A stretch of DNA of 32,000 bases from Halomicrobium mukohataei DSM 12286 (GTDB taxonomy: Archaea; Halobacteriota; Halobacteria; Halobacteriales; Haloarculaceae). A program made the translations under genes and the position numbers. Under the pieces are notes generated by a model. The model worked only from the letters and a program-made list of their open reading frames with translations. It was not told where the DNA came from and searched no databases. Each line of letters starts with the position of its first letter. Within the stretch, counting starts at the first letter, position 1. The stretch lies in the NCBI RefSeq assembly GCF_000023965.1, contig NC_013202.1, positions 1,860,001 to 1,892,000 of the forward strand, given 5' to 3'. Shown here one piece after another: positions 18,231-25,577 of this stretch.

Positions 18231-19142
18231 ATGGATTGGTTTCACTCGAACTCGGACGCCGACTCGAACTCACACACGTCGACTCGACGCCACGTCCTCG
18301 CTACTGGCGCTGCCGGCGCGGCGGCGGCGCTCGCGGGCTGTACGATCTCGGGACAACCGGAGCGCGAAACGACGGACGTGGAGTACAGCGTCGCAGATGT
18401 CGATTCGGTGGCCGTCGACGGCGACGACGGCGAGACGACCGTCGAGCCCTGGGACGGTGACGAAGTCCAGATTCTGGCGACGAAGTACGCCATCGGCGGG
18501 ACGGAGCTGAGCGACGTGCAGGTCACCAGAACTGTCGACGACGGACGGCTCTCGGTCGGTGTGAAAGACACGACGGGGGTCGCGATCGGCACCGTCGGGG
18601 GCGGACTCGAATCGCTCACGGTGAAGGTGCCGTCCGGCGTCCGGGTCACCGAACTCACCGTCGACGACGGCGACGCGACGATCGGCGACGTGGCCGGGGA
18701 CCTCGCGCTCTCGGTCGACGACGGCACCGCCGAGGTCGGCCCGCTCGACGGGGGCGTCCAGATCGACGCGGACGACGGCGACATCGAAGTCGGTGCGGTC
18801 GACAGCGTCGCGGGGAAGGTCGACGACGGCGGCATCTCGGCGACCGAGGCGACAACGATCGGCGACGTCGAGGCCGACGACGGCGACCTCGACCTCGCCG
18901 TCGCGAACGTCGACGGCCCGGCGACCGTCAGCGCCGACGACGGTGACGTGACGCTCCGACTCTCTCCGTCCCTGGATCTCTCGGTTACCGCCCGCAGCGA
19001 CAACGGGACGGTCACGGTCTCGGACGGCGTGCTAGACGAGGTCGAGAGCGGCGAGGAGGGGACGCGCGGACAAATCGGTGCGGGAACCGATCAGCTGACA
19101 GTCGAGGTCGACGACGGCTCGGTCACGCTCGAATCGCTGTAA
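18231..19142 (+). CDS. Tat-lipoprotein with DUF4097-like beta-strand repeats (putative adhesin fold)
   Basis: 303 aa counted from ATG 18231, which is supported by a TATA-like 'CTATATTTA' at 18202-18210. 'TRRHVLATGAAGAAAALAGC' combines a Tat motif with a lipobox. 'DDGD..(V/I)G' beta-repeat units recur through the C-terminal two thirds. Confidence 0.65.
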   Translation: MDWFHSNSDADSNSHTSTRRHVLATGAAGAAAALAGCTISGQPERETTDVEYSVADVDSVAVDGDDGETTVEPWDGDEVQILATKYAIGGTELSDVQVTRTVDDGRLSVGVKDTTGVAIGTVGGGLESLTVKVPSGVRVTELTVDDGDATIGDVAGDLALSVDDGTAEVGPLDGGVQIDADDGDIEVGAVDSVAGKVDDGGISATEATTIGDVEADDGDLDLAVANVDGPATVSADDGDVTLRLSPSLDLSVTARSDNGTVTVSDGVLDEVESGEEGTRGQIGAGTDQLTVEVDDGSVTLESL

Positions 19143-19148
19143 CGCGTC

Positions 19149-19454
19149 TCACACCACGTAGGACTGCAGTTCACCGCGAGACTGCACGTCGACGAACCGG
19201 TAGCGCCGCCCGTCGTCGAGGTCGCCAGCGAAGTCCGGTCCGTCGACGCCGTCCATCCCGTAGACCTCGTCGGCCCCCCGACAGTCGTGGGCCAGGATCG
19301 ACCGCTCGACGGCTTCGGGCAGGCGCTCGCCGGGCGGGACCTCGACGACGAACAGCCGGTCGGTGAAGCTCTTTGCCGTCCAGGCGTCCTGGACGCCGTT
19401 GCGGTCGGCGATCTCCTCGGCCAGCGTGCGCAGCTGTGTGGCACGGTCGCTCAT
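19149..19454 (-). CDS. Hypothetical acidic protein (101 aa)
   Basis: This is the only ORF in the gap with haloarchaeal composition, and I do not recognise a family. It is preceded by a one-mismatch copy of the island palindrome, 37 nt upstream of its ATG. Confidence 0.5.
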   Translation of the reverse strand: MSDRATQLRTLAEEIADRNGVQDAWTAKSFTDRLFVVEVPPGERLPEAVERSILAHDCRGADEVYGMDGVDGPDFAGDLDDGRRYRFVDVQSRGELQSYVV

Positions 19455-19491
19455 ACGCGATGGACGGCGCGTGAGAACGAGGCTCCGATGC

Positions 19492-19503
19492 CGAAGGTGT
19501 TCG
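19492..19503. promoter_or_regulatory. CGAAG-GT-GTTCG, a one-mismatch copy of the island palindrome
   Basis: The site is intergenic. 37 nt separate it from the ATG at 19454 on the minus strand, matching the spacing class of the perfect copies. Confidence 0.4.
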
Positions 19504-19557
19504 CCCGCCTCTGGCCGTCACTGCTCCGAGCGCGTCGCCCCGTGGGTCCCGACGGCG

Positions 19558-21402
19558 TCAGTCGCCGTCGGTCGGCCGGTCCTCGCCATCCTCGGACCGC
19601 AACTCCGACGAGGCTCCGCTCACTTCGCTCTCGGAACCACCGTCGGACCGCAACTCCGACGAGGCTCCGCTCACTTCGCTCTCGGAGCCGCCGTCGGTCA
19701 GTGCGGGCAGTCGCTCGGACGCGAACCACTCGAACTCGCGGGCTCGCATGCCGTCGCGGTCGAGGTTCCACGGGTCGTTGCTGGTCACTCGCGGCCCTTC
19801 GAGCCACGAGGTGACGACGTTCCAGAGGAAGAGGAGCTGGCCGACGACGAGCAGGACGACGCCCAGCGTCGCGATCTGGTGGAGCAGCGTGAACAGGTCG
19901 ATCGGACCGACGGCCACGTCGTAGGTCGCGTACCGCCGGGGCATCCCGGCGTAGCCCAGCAGGATCATCGGGAAGAAGGTGATGTTGGTCCCGATCATCG
20001 TGAGCCAGAAGTGGGCTTTGGCGAGCGTGCGCTGGTACCAGCGGCCGGTGTAGATGGGGAACCAGTAGTAGATCCCGGCGAACACCGCGAAGGCGATCCC
20101 GCCCATGATGACGTAGTGGAAGTGGGCGACGACCTGGTAGGTGTCGTGCAACAGGAGGTCGACGGGGATCGCCGCCTCGAAGACGCCGGTCATCCCGCCG
20201 ATGACGAAGTTGGCGATGAAGCCGACACAGAAGAGGAACGGTGCGGTCAGCCGCAGGCGGCCGTTCCACATCGTCGCCATCCAGTTGAACGTCTTGACCG
20301 CGCTGGGGATCGCGATCGAGATCGTGATCGCCATGAACGCGCCCCGAAGCCGCGGGTCCATCCCGGTCGCGAACATGTGGTGTGCCCAGACGCCAAAGGA
20401 GAGGACTCCCAGCGCCAGCGTCGAGTAGACGACGAACTTGAAGCCGAACAGCTTCCGACCGCAGAACTTCGGGAGGATGTAGCTGATCAGCCCCATCGGT
20501 GGGAGCACGAGGATGTACACCTCGGGATGGCCGAAGAACCAGAACAGGTGTTGCCACAACAGCGTCCCGCCGCCCTCACCGATCGCGAAGAAGGCCGTTC
20601 CCATGTTGCGATCGAGCAGCAACATTACGAGGGCGCTGCCCAGCAGGGGGAACGCAAAGAGGATCTGGCCGGACTGGACCAGCACGGTCCAGCTGAAGAT
20701 GTCGAGGTTGGCCCAGTCGATGTCCTCGCCCTGTTCGGTGAAGATGGTCGCGATGAAGTTGATCGCACCCATCGTCGCCGAGACGCCGGTCAGGTGCAGC
20801 CCCAGGATCATCAGGTCGATCGCGGGGCTTGGCTGATCCAGCGACAGCGGCGTGTACATCGTCCAGGCCGTCTGTGCGGGTGCGATGCCGGGGATGAAGA
20901 AGCCGGCCCAGATCAGGACCGCCCCGAAGGGCAACAGCCAGAACGCGATCGCGTTGATCCGCGGGAACGCCATGTCGTCAGCCCCGATCAACAGCGGGAC
21001 GAAGTAGTTCGAGAACGCCGCCAGGATCGGCGTCCCGAACAGGAACAGCATCGTGATTCCGTGGCTGGTCAGGAGCGCGTTGTACATCGCCGGCTGGAGG
21101 AAGTTCGAGGTCGGGGTGACCAGCTCGAACCGCATCAACACGACTGCCACGCCGCCCCAGGCGAAGGCCAGCACTGCGAAGGTCCCGTAGAGCAGTCCGA
21201 TGTCTTTGTGGTCGACCGTCGTGAGCCAGCGGGTCAGTCCGCCGGGCTTCTCGCCGTGGTGTGCCGTCTCGTCGACCGTCCCGCCACCGCCGCCGACGGC
21301 CGGCGTGTACGAGCGCCAGTTCTCTAGCCTCGTTACGACCGCGGCCGCACCGGCCACCAGTGCGACCATCACTGTCGTCAGGACGAGCTGCGTTGCTACC
21401 AT
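19558..21402 (-). CDS. coxA: Cytochrome c oxidase subunit I (A-type heme-copper oxidase)
   Basis: 614 aa. The canonical motifs are 'DHKDIGLLYG', 'YNALLTSHG', 'WFFGHPEVYILVLPPMG', 'WAHHMF' and 'VVAHFHYV'. The protein also has an N-terminal TM-containing extension and an acidic C-terminal tail containing a tandem repeat. Confidence 0.9.
   Translation of the reverse strand: MVATQLVLTTVMVALVAGAAAVVTRLENWRSYTPAVGGGGGTVDETAHHGEKPGGLTRWLTTVDHKDIGLLYGTFAVLAFAWGGVAVVLMRFELVTPTSNFLQPAMYNALLTSHGITMLFLFGTPILAAFSNYFVPLLIGADDMAFPRINAIAFWLLPFGAVLIWAGFFIPGIAPAQTAWTMYTPLSLDQPSPAIDLMILGLHLTGVSATMGAINFIATIFTEQGEDIDWANLDIFSWTVLVQSGQILFAFPLLGSALVMLLLDRNMGTAFFAIGEGGGTLLWQHLFWFFGHPEVYILVLPPMGLISYILPKFCGRKLFGFKFVVYSTLALGVLSFGVWAHHMFATGMDPRLRGAFMAITISIAIPSAVKTFNWMATMWNGRLRLTAPFLFCVGFIANFVIGGMTGVFEAAIPVDLLLHDTYQVVAHFHYVIMGGIAFAVFAGIYYWFPIYTGRWYQRTLAKAHFWLTMIGTNITFFPMILLGYAGMPRRYATYDVAVGPIDLFTLLHQIATLGVVLLVVGQLLFLWNVVTSWLEGPRVTSNDPWNLDRDGMRAREFEWFASERLPALTDGGSESEVSGASSELRSDGGSESEVSGASSELRSEDGEDRPTDGD
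19592..19693. repeat. 2 x 51-nt in-frame tandem duplication within the coxA 3' end
   Basis: The units at 19592-19642 and 19643-19693 differ at 2 positions. They encode 'DGGSESEVSGASSELRS' twice in the C-terminal tail of CoxA. Confidence 0.85.
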
Positions 21403-21441
21403 TGGAGGCCGGTTTCGCCGCTCGCTACATCGGCGTTACTC

Positions 21442-21453
21442 CGAACACGTTCG
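21442..21453. promoter_or_regulatory. CGAAC-AC-GTTCG palindrome upstream of coxA
   Basis: A perfect copy. 39 nt separate it from the coxA ATG at 21402. It lies in the 94-nt gap between coxA and the upstream 190-aa gene. Confidence 0.6.
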
Positions 21454-21496
21454 TGCGGGTCTTGATGGTCGTTCCCACGACTCACTGTCGCGTCAC

Positions 21497-22069
21497 CTAG
21501 AACGGGGTGTCGAATCCGTCTTCCCCGGCAGCGCCGTCGGCCGCCGTGGCGTCGCCCGCGTCGATATCGGAGGGGATCTCGCCGGTCTCTCGGAACACCG
21601 TTTCGAGTTCCCGTAGCTTCGCGTTGATCGTCTCACTCTGGTGGTGCATCGGGTCGACCCGGACCCGCACGAGGTCGTACTCGTGGGACTCGCGACAGCC
21701 GTTCCAGGCCCGGAACGCGCCGACGGTCAGCGTGTCGCTCTGTGGACAGAACTCGGTCGTCGGCGTGAACTCCGCCCGGAGGACGCGCTCGCCGTCCGTC
21801 TCGGTCTCGCGGGCGTACCGAAAGCCCGACTCGGGATGTCGCCGGTCGAGGTTCAGCCGCGCGAGGTTGTAGCCGAAGGTCATGTCGATGACGCCGCGAC
21901 GCTCGAAGAGCGTCCGGGTCGCCCGGTGGAAGGCGGCGTGTTCGCGGCCGGTCAGGACCGCGCCGTCGAGGAACGGTCCCGGTTCCGGGAGGTGTTCGGG
22001 GGCGAACTCGTCGTAGTCGTCGTACTCGGGGCCCTCACCGTCGCGAGCGAATCCGGAGAGGAGGCTCAT
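21497..22069 (-). CDS. Hypothetical protein (190 aa) with a DUF59/MIP18-like C-terminal half
   Basis: The N-terminus is acidic. 'RAEFTPTTEFCPQSDTLTVGAFRA ... VRVRVDP' resembles the DUF59 'T-x-T-x-x-x-CP' metal-cluster-assembly motif. The ATG at 22069 lies 38 nt from the palindrome. Confidence 0.55.
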   Translation of the reverse strand: MSLLSGFARDGEGPEYDDYDEFAPEHLPEPGPFLDGAVLTGREHAAFHRATRTLFERRGVIDMTFGYNLARLNLDRRHPESGFRYARETETDGERVLRAEFTPTTEFCPQSDTLTVGAFRAWNGCRESHEYDLVRVRVDPMHHQSETINAKLRELETVFRETGEIPSDIDAGDATAADGAAGEDGFDTPF

Positions 22070-22107
22070 ACGTCAGCGTTGGGCCGCCAGCCCGCTGTGG
22101 TTGCTGG

Positions 22108-22119
22108 CGAACACGTTCG
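22108..22119. promoter_or_regulatory. CGAAC-AC-GTTCG palindrome centred between divergent genes
   Basis: A perfect copy. 38 nt separate it from ATG 22069 (minus strand) and 38 nt from GTG 22158 (plus strand). Confidence 0.65.
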
Positions 22120-22157
22120 GGCAAACCCAGACCGCGGTCCCGGCCGACGCTCCGATC

Positions 22158-22532
22158 GTGACCGCAACGTCGATCGACGCCGAACGACGCTACGACGACG
22201 CACAGTTCTCCGCACAGACGATCCACGAGACCGAGCGCCAGAAGGTCGTCCTGGGATACTTCGAGCCGGGACAGTTCATCCCCGTCCACGCGCCCGACAG
22301 CGACGTGGCGATCACGGTCGTGTCGGGTTCGGGCGTGATCCGCGACGGCGAGACCGACCACGCGGTCGAGCCCGGGAGCGTCGCCGTCGTGCCCGCAGGG
22401 ACGGAACGCGGGGTGAAAGCCGACGACGGCGAGCGACTTGAGGCGACGCTCGTCACCGCGCCACCGCCGACCGACGCCGAACACGAGCCGGTACGTCGGG
22501 GCCTCCAGACGGGACAGTTCGACCCGGACTGA
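22158..22532 (+). CDS. Cupin domain protein (124 aa)
   Basis: 'GQFIPVHAPDSDVAITVVSGSGVIRDGETDHAVEPGSVAVVPAG' shows the two-motif pattern of the cupin beta-barrel. The ORF track starts at TTG 22101, which would place the palindrome inside the coding sequence. The in-frame GTG at 22158 restores the 38-nt spacing seen at the other sites. Confidence 0.6.
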   Translation: MTATSIDAERRYDDAQFSAQTIHETERQKVVLGYFEPGQFIPVHAPDSDVAITVVSGSGVIRDGETDHAVEPGSVAVVPAGTERGVKADDGERLEATLVTAPPPTDAEHEPVRRGLQTGQFDPD

Positions 22533-22547
22533 TATCGTCGCTCTGGC

Positions 22548-22559
22548 CGAACACGTTCG
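22548..22559. promoter_or_regulatory. CGAAC-AC-GTTCG palindrome (extended form GGCCGAAC-AC-GTTCGGCC, 22545-22562)
   Basis: A perfect copy. 39 nt separate it from ATG 22599 of the DUF2249-cupin operon. Confidence 0.65.
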
Positions 22560-22598
22560 GCCAAAGTCCCTCCCGCTCGTGGCCACTACCGTCGACCG

Positions 22599-22832
22599 AT
22601 GCCAGCCGAAACACTCGATCTGCGCGAGGTACCGCCGCCACAGCGCCACCCCATGATCCACGAGGCGTTCCAGACCCTCGATAGCGGCGAGGCCCTGGAG
22701 ATCGTCAACGACCACGAACCGAAGCCGCTGTTCTACGAGTTCCAGGCGGAGGTCGAGGCCTTCGACGCGGAGGGGTACTCCTGTGAGGAGCGCGACGACG
22801 GCAACTACGTCGCCCGGCTCCCGAAAGCATGA
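22599..22832 (+). CDS. DUF2249 family protein (77 aa)
   Basis: 'LDLREVPPPQRHPMIHEAFQTLDSGEALEIVNDHEPKPLFYEF' matches my recollection of the DUF2249 signature: a TusA-like small domain with the pattern 'D.R.l.P..' ... 'l.l..dhdP.pL'. Confidence 0.7.
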   Translation: MPAETLDLREVPPPQRHPMIHEAFQTLDSGEALEIVNDHEPKPLFYEFQAEVEAFDAEGYSCEERDDGNYVARLPKA

Positions 22833-23131
22833 GCGACACCGAACTGGTCTCGCTGGACGACCTCGACGACGACGGCCGGGCGACGCTGTTCGAGCACGAA
22901 CCCCACACTGTCCGGCTCAGCCTCGCGGCCGACGAGGGCGTCCCGGCCCACCAACATCCCGACCGCCAGATCGTCTTTCACCAGCTCTCGGGGGAGCTGG
23001 ACCTCCACCTCGGTGACGAGGTCGTGTCACTGACGGCTGGCGACGTGGTCCGGTTCGACGGCGATCAGGACATCTCTCCCCAGGCCCGGACCGACAGCGA
23101 GGCGCTGTTGATCCTCGCGTCTTCGGCCTGA
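22829..23131 (+). CDS. Cupin domain protein (100 aa), translationally coupled to DUF2249
   Basis: Its ATG at 22829 overlaps the TGA at 22830-22832. 'GVPAHQHPDRQIVFHQLSGELDLHLGDEVVSLTAGDVVRFDG' is a cupin motif pair. Confidence 0.65.
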   Translation: MSDTELVSLDDLDDDGRATLFEHEPHTVRLSLAADEGVPAHQHPDRQIVFHQLSGELDLHLGDEVVSLTAGDVVRFDGDQDISPQARTDSEALLILASSA

Positions 23132-23186
23132 CCCCTCGGTTCGACCGTCCCCGGCCTCACCCCCCGTTTTCGCCGCGAACGCACTC

Positions 23187-23268
23187 ATACGGACGGTTGT
23201 AGACGTTTACCCAGTCGACCGCACGACGGCGTGCGATCGATCTGGTAACGACCGACAACTTTCCGTAT
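23187..23268. repeat. 82-nt long-hairpin repeat element, copy 2
   Basis: See copy 1. It lies between the convergent cupin gene (ending at 23131) and the 99-aa gene. Its last base overlaps that gene's stop codon at 23268-23270. Confidence 0.75.
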
Positions 23269-23567
23269 CACCGACTGCCAGAGAACAGCTCCAGGGCGGC
23301 CGACAGCGTCTCGTCGTCGCCGTCGCTCGCGGCCCGTTCGAGTTGCGCTTCCGGGACTGCCAGGAGCCGTTCGACGAGGCGGTCGCCGAGTCGCTCTACG
23401 GCGTCGCGCTCGCGTTCCGACAGCTCAAGCTCCGACAGCGCTCGCTCGACCTGGCGGTCGCGGACGGACTCGCCGCGTTCTCTGATCCGTTCGATCGCCG
23501 CGTTCTCCGCCGACCGGGTGGCGTCGCCCCCGGGTTCGCGGTCCGGCTCCGTCAGGCAGTCGGTCAT
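23268..23567 (-). CDS. Small helical protein (99 aa) resembling the C-terminal dimerisation domain of glutamyl-tRNA reductase
   Basis: Trimmed from the 23268..24149 ORF to ATG 23567, which overlaps the upstream stop (ATGA on the minus strand). 'RALSELELSERERDAVERLGDRLVERLLAVPEAQLERAASDGDDETLSAALELF' resembles the HemA/GlutR dimerisation helix region. Confidence 0.55.
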   Translation of the reverse strand: MTDCLTEPDREPGGDATRSAENAAIERIRERGESVRDRQVERALSELELSERERDAVERLGDRLVERLLAVPEAQLERAASDGDDETLSAALELFSGSR

Positions 23568-23824
23568 GCCTTCCAGATCGTCGTCACGGTCACGTCGTCG
23601 CCCTCGACGGTGTCGTAGGCGAAGCCGCGGTCGTCGAGTTTCGGGTACAGAAACTCCGGCGCGCGGTCGTTGAACTGGACGACGACCTCGTCGTCGTCGA
23701 TCTCCGCCAGGGTTTCGAGGGTGTTTTGCAGTGGCTTGGGCGGGCCCAGCGAACGCACGTCGAGTTCGCGGGTCGGTGCGTCGTCGGGTGCGTCGGTCGT
23801 CTGCAGGGCCTCGGTCGCGTCCAT
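23564..23824 (-). CDS. DUF2249 family protein (86 aa), second copy
   Basis: ATG 23824. 'RELDVRSLGPPKPLQNTLETLAEIDDDEVVVQFNDRAPEFLYPKL' shows the DUF2249 pattern. 38 nt separate the start from the palindrome. Confidence 0.7.
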   Translation of the reverse strand: MDATEALQTTDAPDDAPTRELDVRSLGPPKPLQNTLETLAEIDDDEVVVQFNDRAPEFLYPKLDDRGFAYDTVEGDDVTVTTIWKA

Positions 23825-23862
23825 GCGTGAGCAGACGGCTGCCCCCGGAGCAACCGTTGTCC

Positions 23863-23874
23863 CGAACGTGTTCG
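23863..23874. promoter_or_regulatory. CGAAC-GT-GTTCG palindrome centred between divergent genes
   Basis: A perfect copy. 38 nt separate it from ATG 23824 (minus strand) and 38 nt from ATG 23913 (plus strand). Confidence 0.65.
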
Positions 23875-23912
23875 GCCACACCGACAGCACGCTGGCGGAC
23901 GAACGGACGGGT

Positions 23913-25217
23913 ATGAGCGTCATTCCGGCCGCCGTCGACGAGTCGAGCGGTCCGCCGACTGCGATCCCGCTCGTCCACTTCCTCGTGGCACTGGCGTACC
24001 TGGTCGCGGGAGTGGCGACTGCCGCAGTGACGACCGGCTGGGCGGGGCAGGTCGCTCACGTCCACCTGTTCGTCGCGGGCTGGATCTGCCTGACCATCCT
24101 CGGGGCGATGACGCAGTTCGTCCCGGTCTGGTCGGGCGTCTCGCTGCACTCCAGACGGCTGGCGGTCCTCCAGTTGCCCCTCGCGGGGCTCGGGTTCGCG
24201 GGCCTGGCCGCTGGCTTTCTCACGGGCACGCTCGGGTTGCTCCCGATCGCTGGCGTGCTCGCGGTCGCCGGTGTCTGGCTCTTCGCCTACAATCTCGCCC
24301 GGACGCTCGCCGGGGCCCGTCCGTTCGATGCCACGGAGTCACACTTCGTCGTCGCCGTCGGCTGGTTCGTCGTCGTGACCACGCTGGGGATGGTGCTGGC
24401 GGTCGACTTCGCCGCGAGCGCGCTCCCCGCTGTGGGCCTCACCCACGCGACCGTTCGCTCGGCCCACGCGACGGCGGCGATCTTCGGTGCCGTCCTCACG
24501 ACGGTGCTCGGGGCGCTCTACCAGCTGGCGACGATGTTCACCCAGACCGAACTCGGTCCGATCGAGCGGCGCTTCCAGCGGGTCGAAACGCTCGCGTACC
24601 CGGTCGGCGTGGCGGCGCTCGTCGTGGGCCGGCTGTTCGGCGTCGCCCCGATCGCCCGCGCTGGCGGGGTGGTCGTCGCCCTCTCCGTGCTGGGCATCGC
24701 CGTCGTCGTCGCCAACAGGCTCCGCCAGACTCGCGTCGAGTGGACGCCGATGCTCACCCGGTACGGACTCGCGGCAGCGGGACTGGGCGCGTGGGCGGTC
24801 GCGGCGCTGGTCGGCTGGTCGCAGAACGCGCTCGGGCCGGCCGTCACCTTCGGCGGCCCGACGACGGGCCCGCTGTTACTGGCCGGCGGTCTGGCTTTCG
24901 TCGTCCTCGGAACGCTGTACCACATCGTTCCGTTTCTCGTGTGGGTCGACCGCTACAGCGATCAGGTCGGCCTCGAACCGGTGCCGATGGTCGACGATCT
25001 CTACCTCGATCGGCTGGCGGTCGTCGACGGCGTCGCCTACACCGCCGGGATCGCGCTGGTCGTCCTCGGTTCGGTCGCGCCGACGCTCCTCCCGTCGCCC
25101 GCGATCACTGCGGGCTGGGGACTGGCGGCCCTGGGCGCACTCGCCTTCGCGGCGAACCTGCTGCTCGTCGTCGTCGAACACGGCGACTACTCCGTCGGGA
25201 CCCTCGTCAGTGCGTAA
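23913..25217 (+). CDS. Polytopic (about 12 TM) His-containing membrane protein, possibly NnrS-like
   Basis: 434 aa counted from ATG 23913. 'AHVHLFVAGWICLTILGAMTQFVPVWSG' resembles the NnrS 'H.HE..fGf....i.GFllTAvPnWTG' segment, and further conserved-looking His residues occur ('SAHATAAIFG', 'LYHIVPF'). The family call is tentative. Confidence 0.55.
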   Translation: MSVIPAAVDESSGPPTAIPLVHFLVALAYLVAGVATAAVTTGWAGQVAHVHLFVAGWICLTILGAMTQFVPVWSGVSLHSRRLAVLQLPLAGLGFAGLAAGFLTGTLGLLPIAGVLAVAGVWLFAYNLARTLAGARPFDATESHFVVAVGWFVVVTTLGMVLAVDFAASALPAVGLTHATVRSAHATAAIFGAVLTTVLGALYQLATMFTQTELGPIERRFQRVETLAYPVGVAALVVGRLFGVAPIARAGGVVVALSVLGIAVVVANRLRQTRVEWTPMLTRYGLAAAGLGAWAVAALVGWSQNALGPAVTFGGPTTGPLLLAGGLAFVVLGTLYHIVPFLVWVDRYSDQVGLEPVPMVDDLYLDRLAVVDGVAYTAGIALVVLGSVAPTLLPSPAITAGWGLAALGALAFAANLLLVVVEHGDYSVGTLVSA

Positions 25218-25244
25218 GTGGGGTCGCGTCCGCAAGCGGTGTCG

Positions 25245-25577
25245 TCAATCGACGTACAGCGAGTAGAGGATGATGGCGAAGGCGACCGTCGTCAGGAGGC
25301 TCTGGACGAAGACACTGACCACGAGCCAGTCCTGGAAGCCGCTCCCGGGGAGCCACGAGAGACGGGCCAGGATCCTGGGGACGAAGATGTCGATCACGCC
25401 CCCTATCAACGCCCCAAATGTCATTATCCCGAACCCCCACGAGAGGGCCTGTAACTCTCTGGCGCTCGTTCGCTGGTAGGCCCGATAGGAGTAGTACGTA
25501 ATCAGCCCACCGAGGATGAGCGTGAGCGTCTTCGTCGCGACGATACCGACCTGTGAACTGGGGACATGTGGGCTCAT
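25245..25577 (-). CDS. Small membrane protein (110 aa, about 4 TM), partner of the upstream wHTH regulator
   Basis: The protein is hydrophobic ('LTLILGGLITYYSY', 'WGFGIMTFGALIGGVIDIF', 'LLTTVAFAIILYSLY'). Its ATG at 25577 overlaps the regulator's stop (ATGA on the minus strand). Confidence 0.6.
   Translation of the reverse strand: MSPHVPSSQVGIVATKTLTLILGGLITYYSYRAYQRTSARELQALSWGFGIMTFGALIGGVIDIFVPRILARLSWLPGSGFQDWLVVSVFVQSLLTTVAFAIILYSLYVD

Noticed and set aside
19592-19693. The tandem direct repeat was considered as a possible mini CRISPR or regulatory repeat.
   Set aside because: There are only two contiguous units with no spacers, and they lie in frame inside coxA, encoding a duplicated peptide.
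19363-21327. 654-aa plus-strand ORF opposite coxA, with similar long antisense ORFs opposite other genes (16786..17847, 27014..28015, 28151..29371, 29797..31104, 6125..6895).
   Set aside because: These ORFs mirror well-supported genes, have Arg/Asp/Gly/Pro-biased low-complexity translations, and contain no recognisable motifs. Long antisense ORFs are expected by chance at this GC content.
22101-22157. TTG 22101 as the start of the first cupin gene (ORF-track call).
   Set aside because: That start would place the perfect palindrome (22108-22119) inside the coding sequence and give a non-acidic leader. The in-frame GTG at 22158 reproduces the 38-nt spacing seen at the other palindromes. This remains unproven without N-terminal or TSS data.
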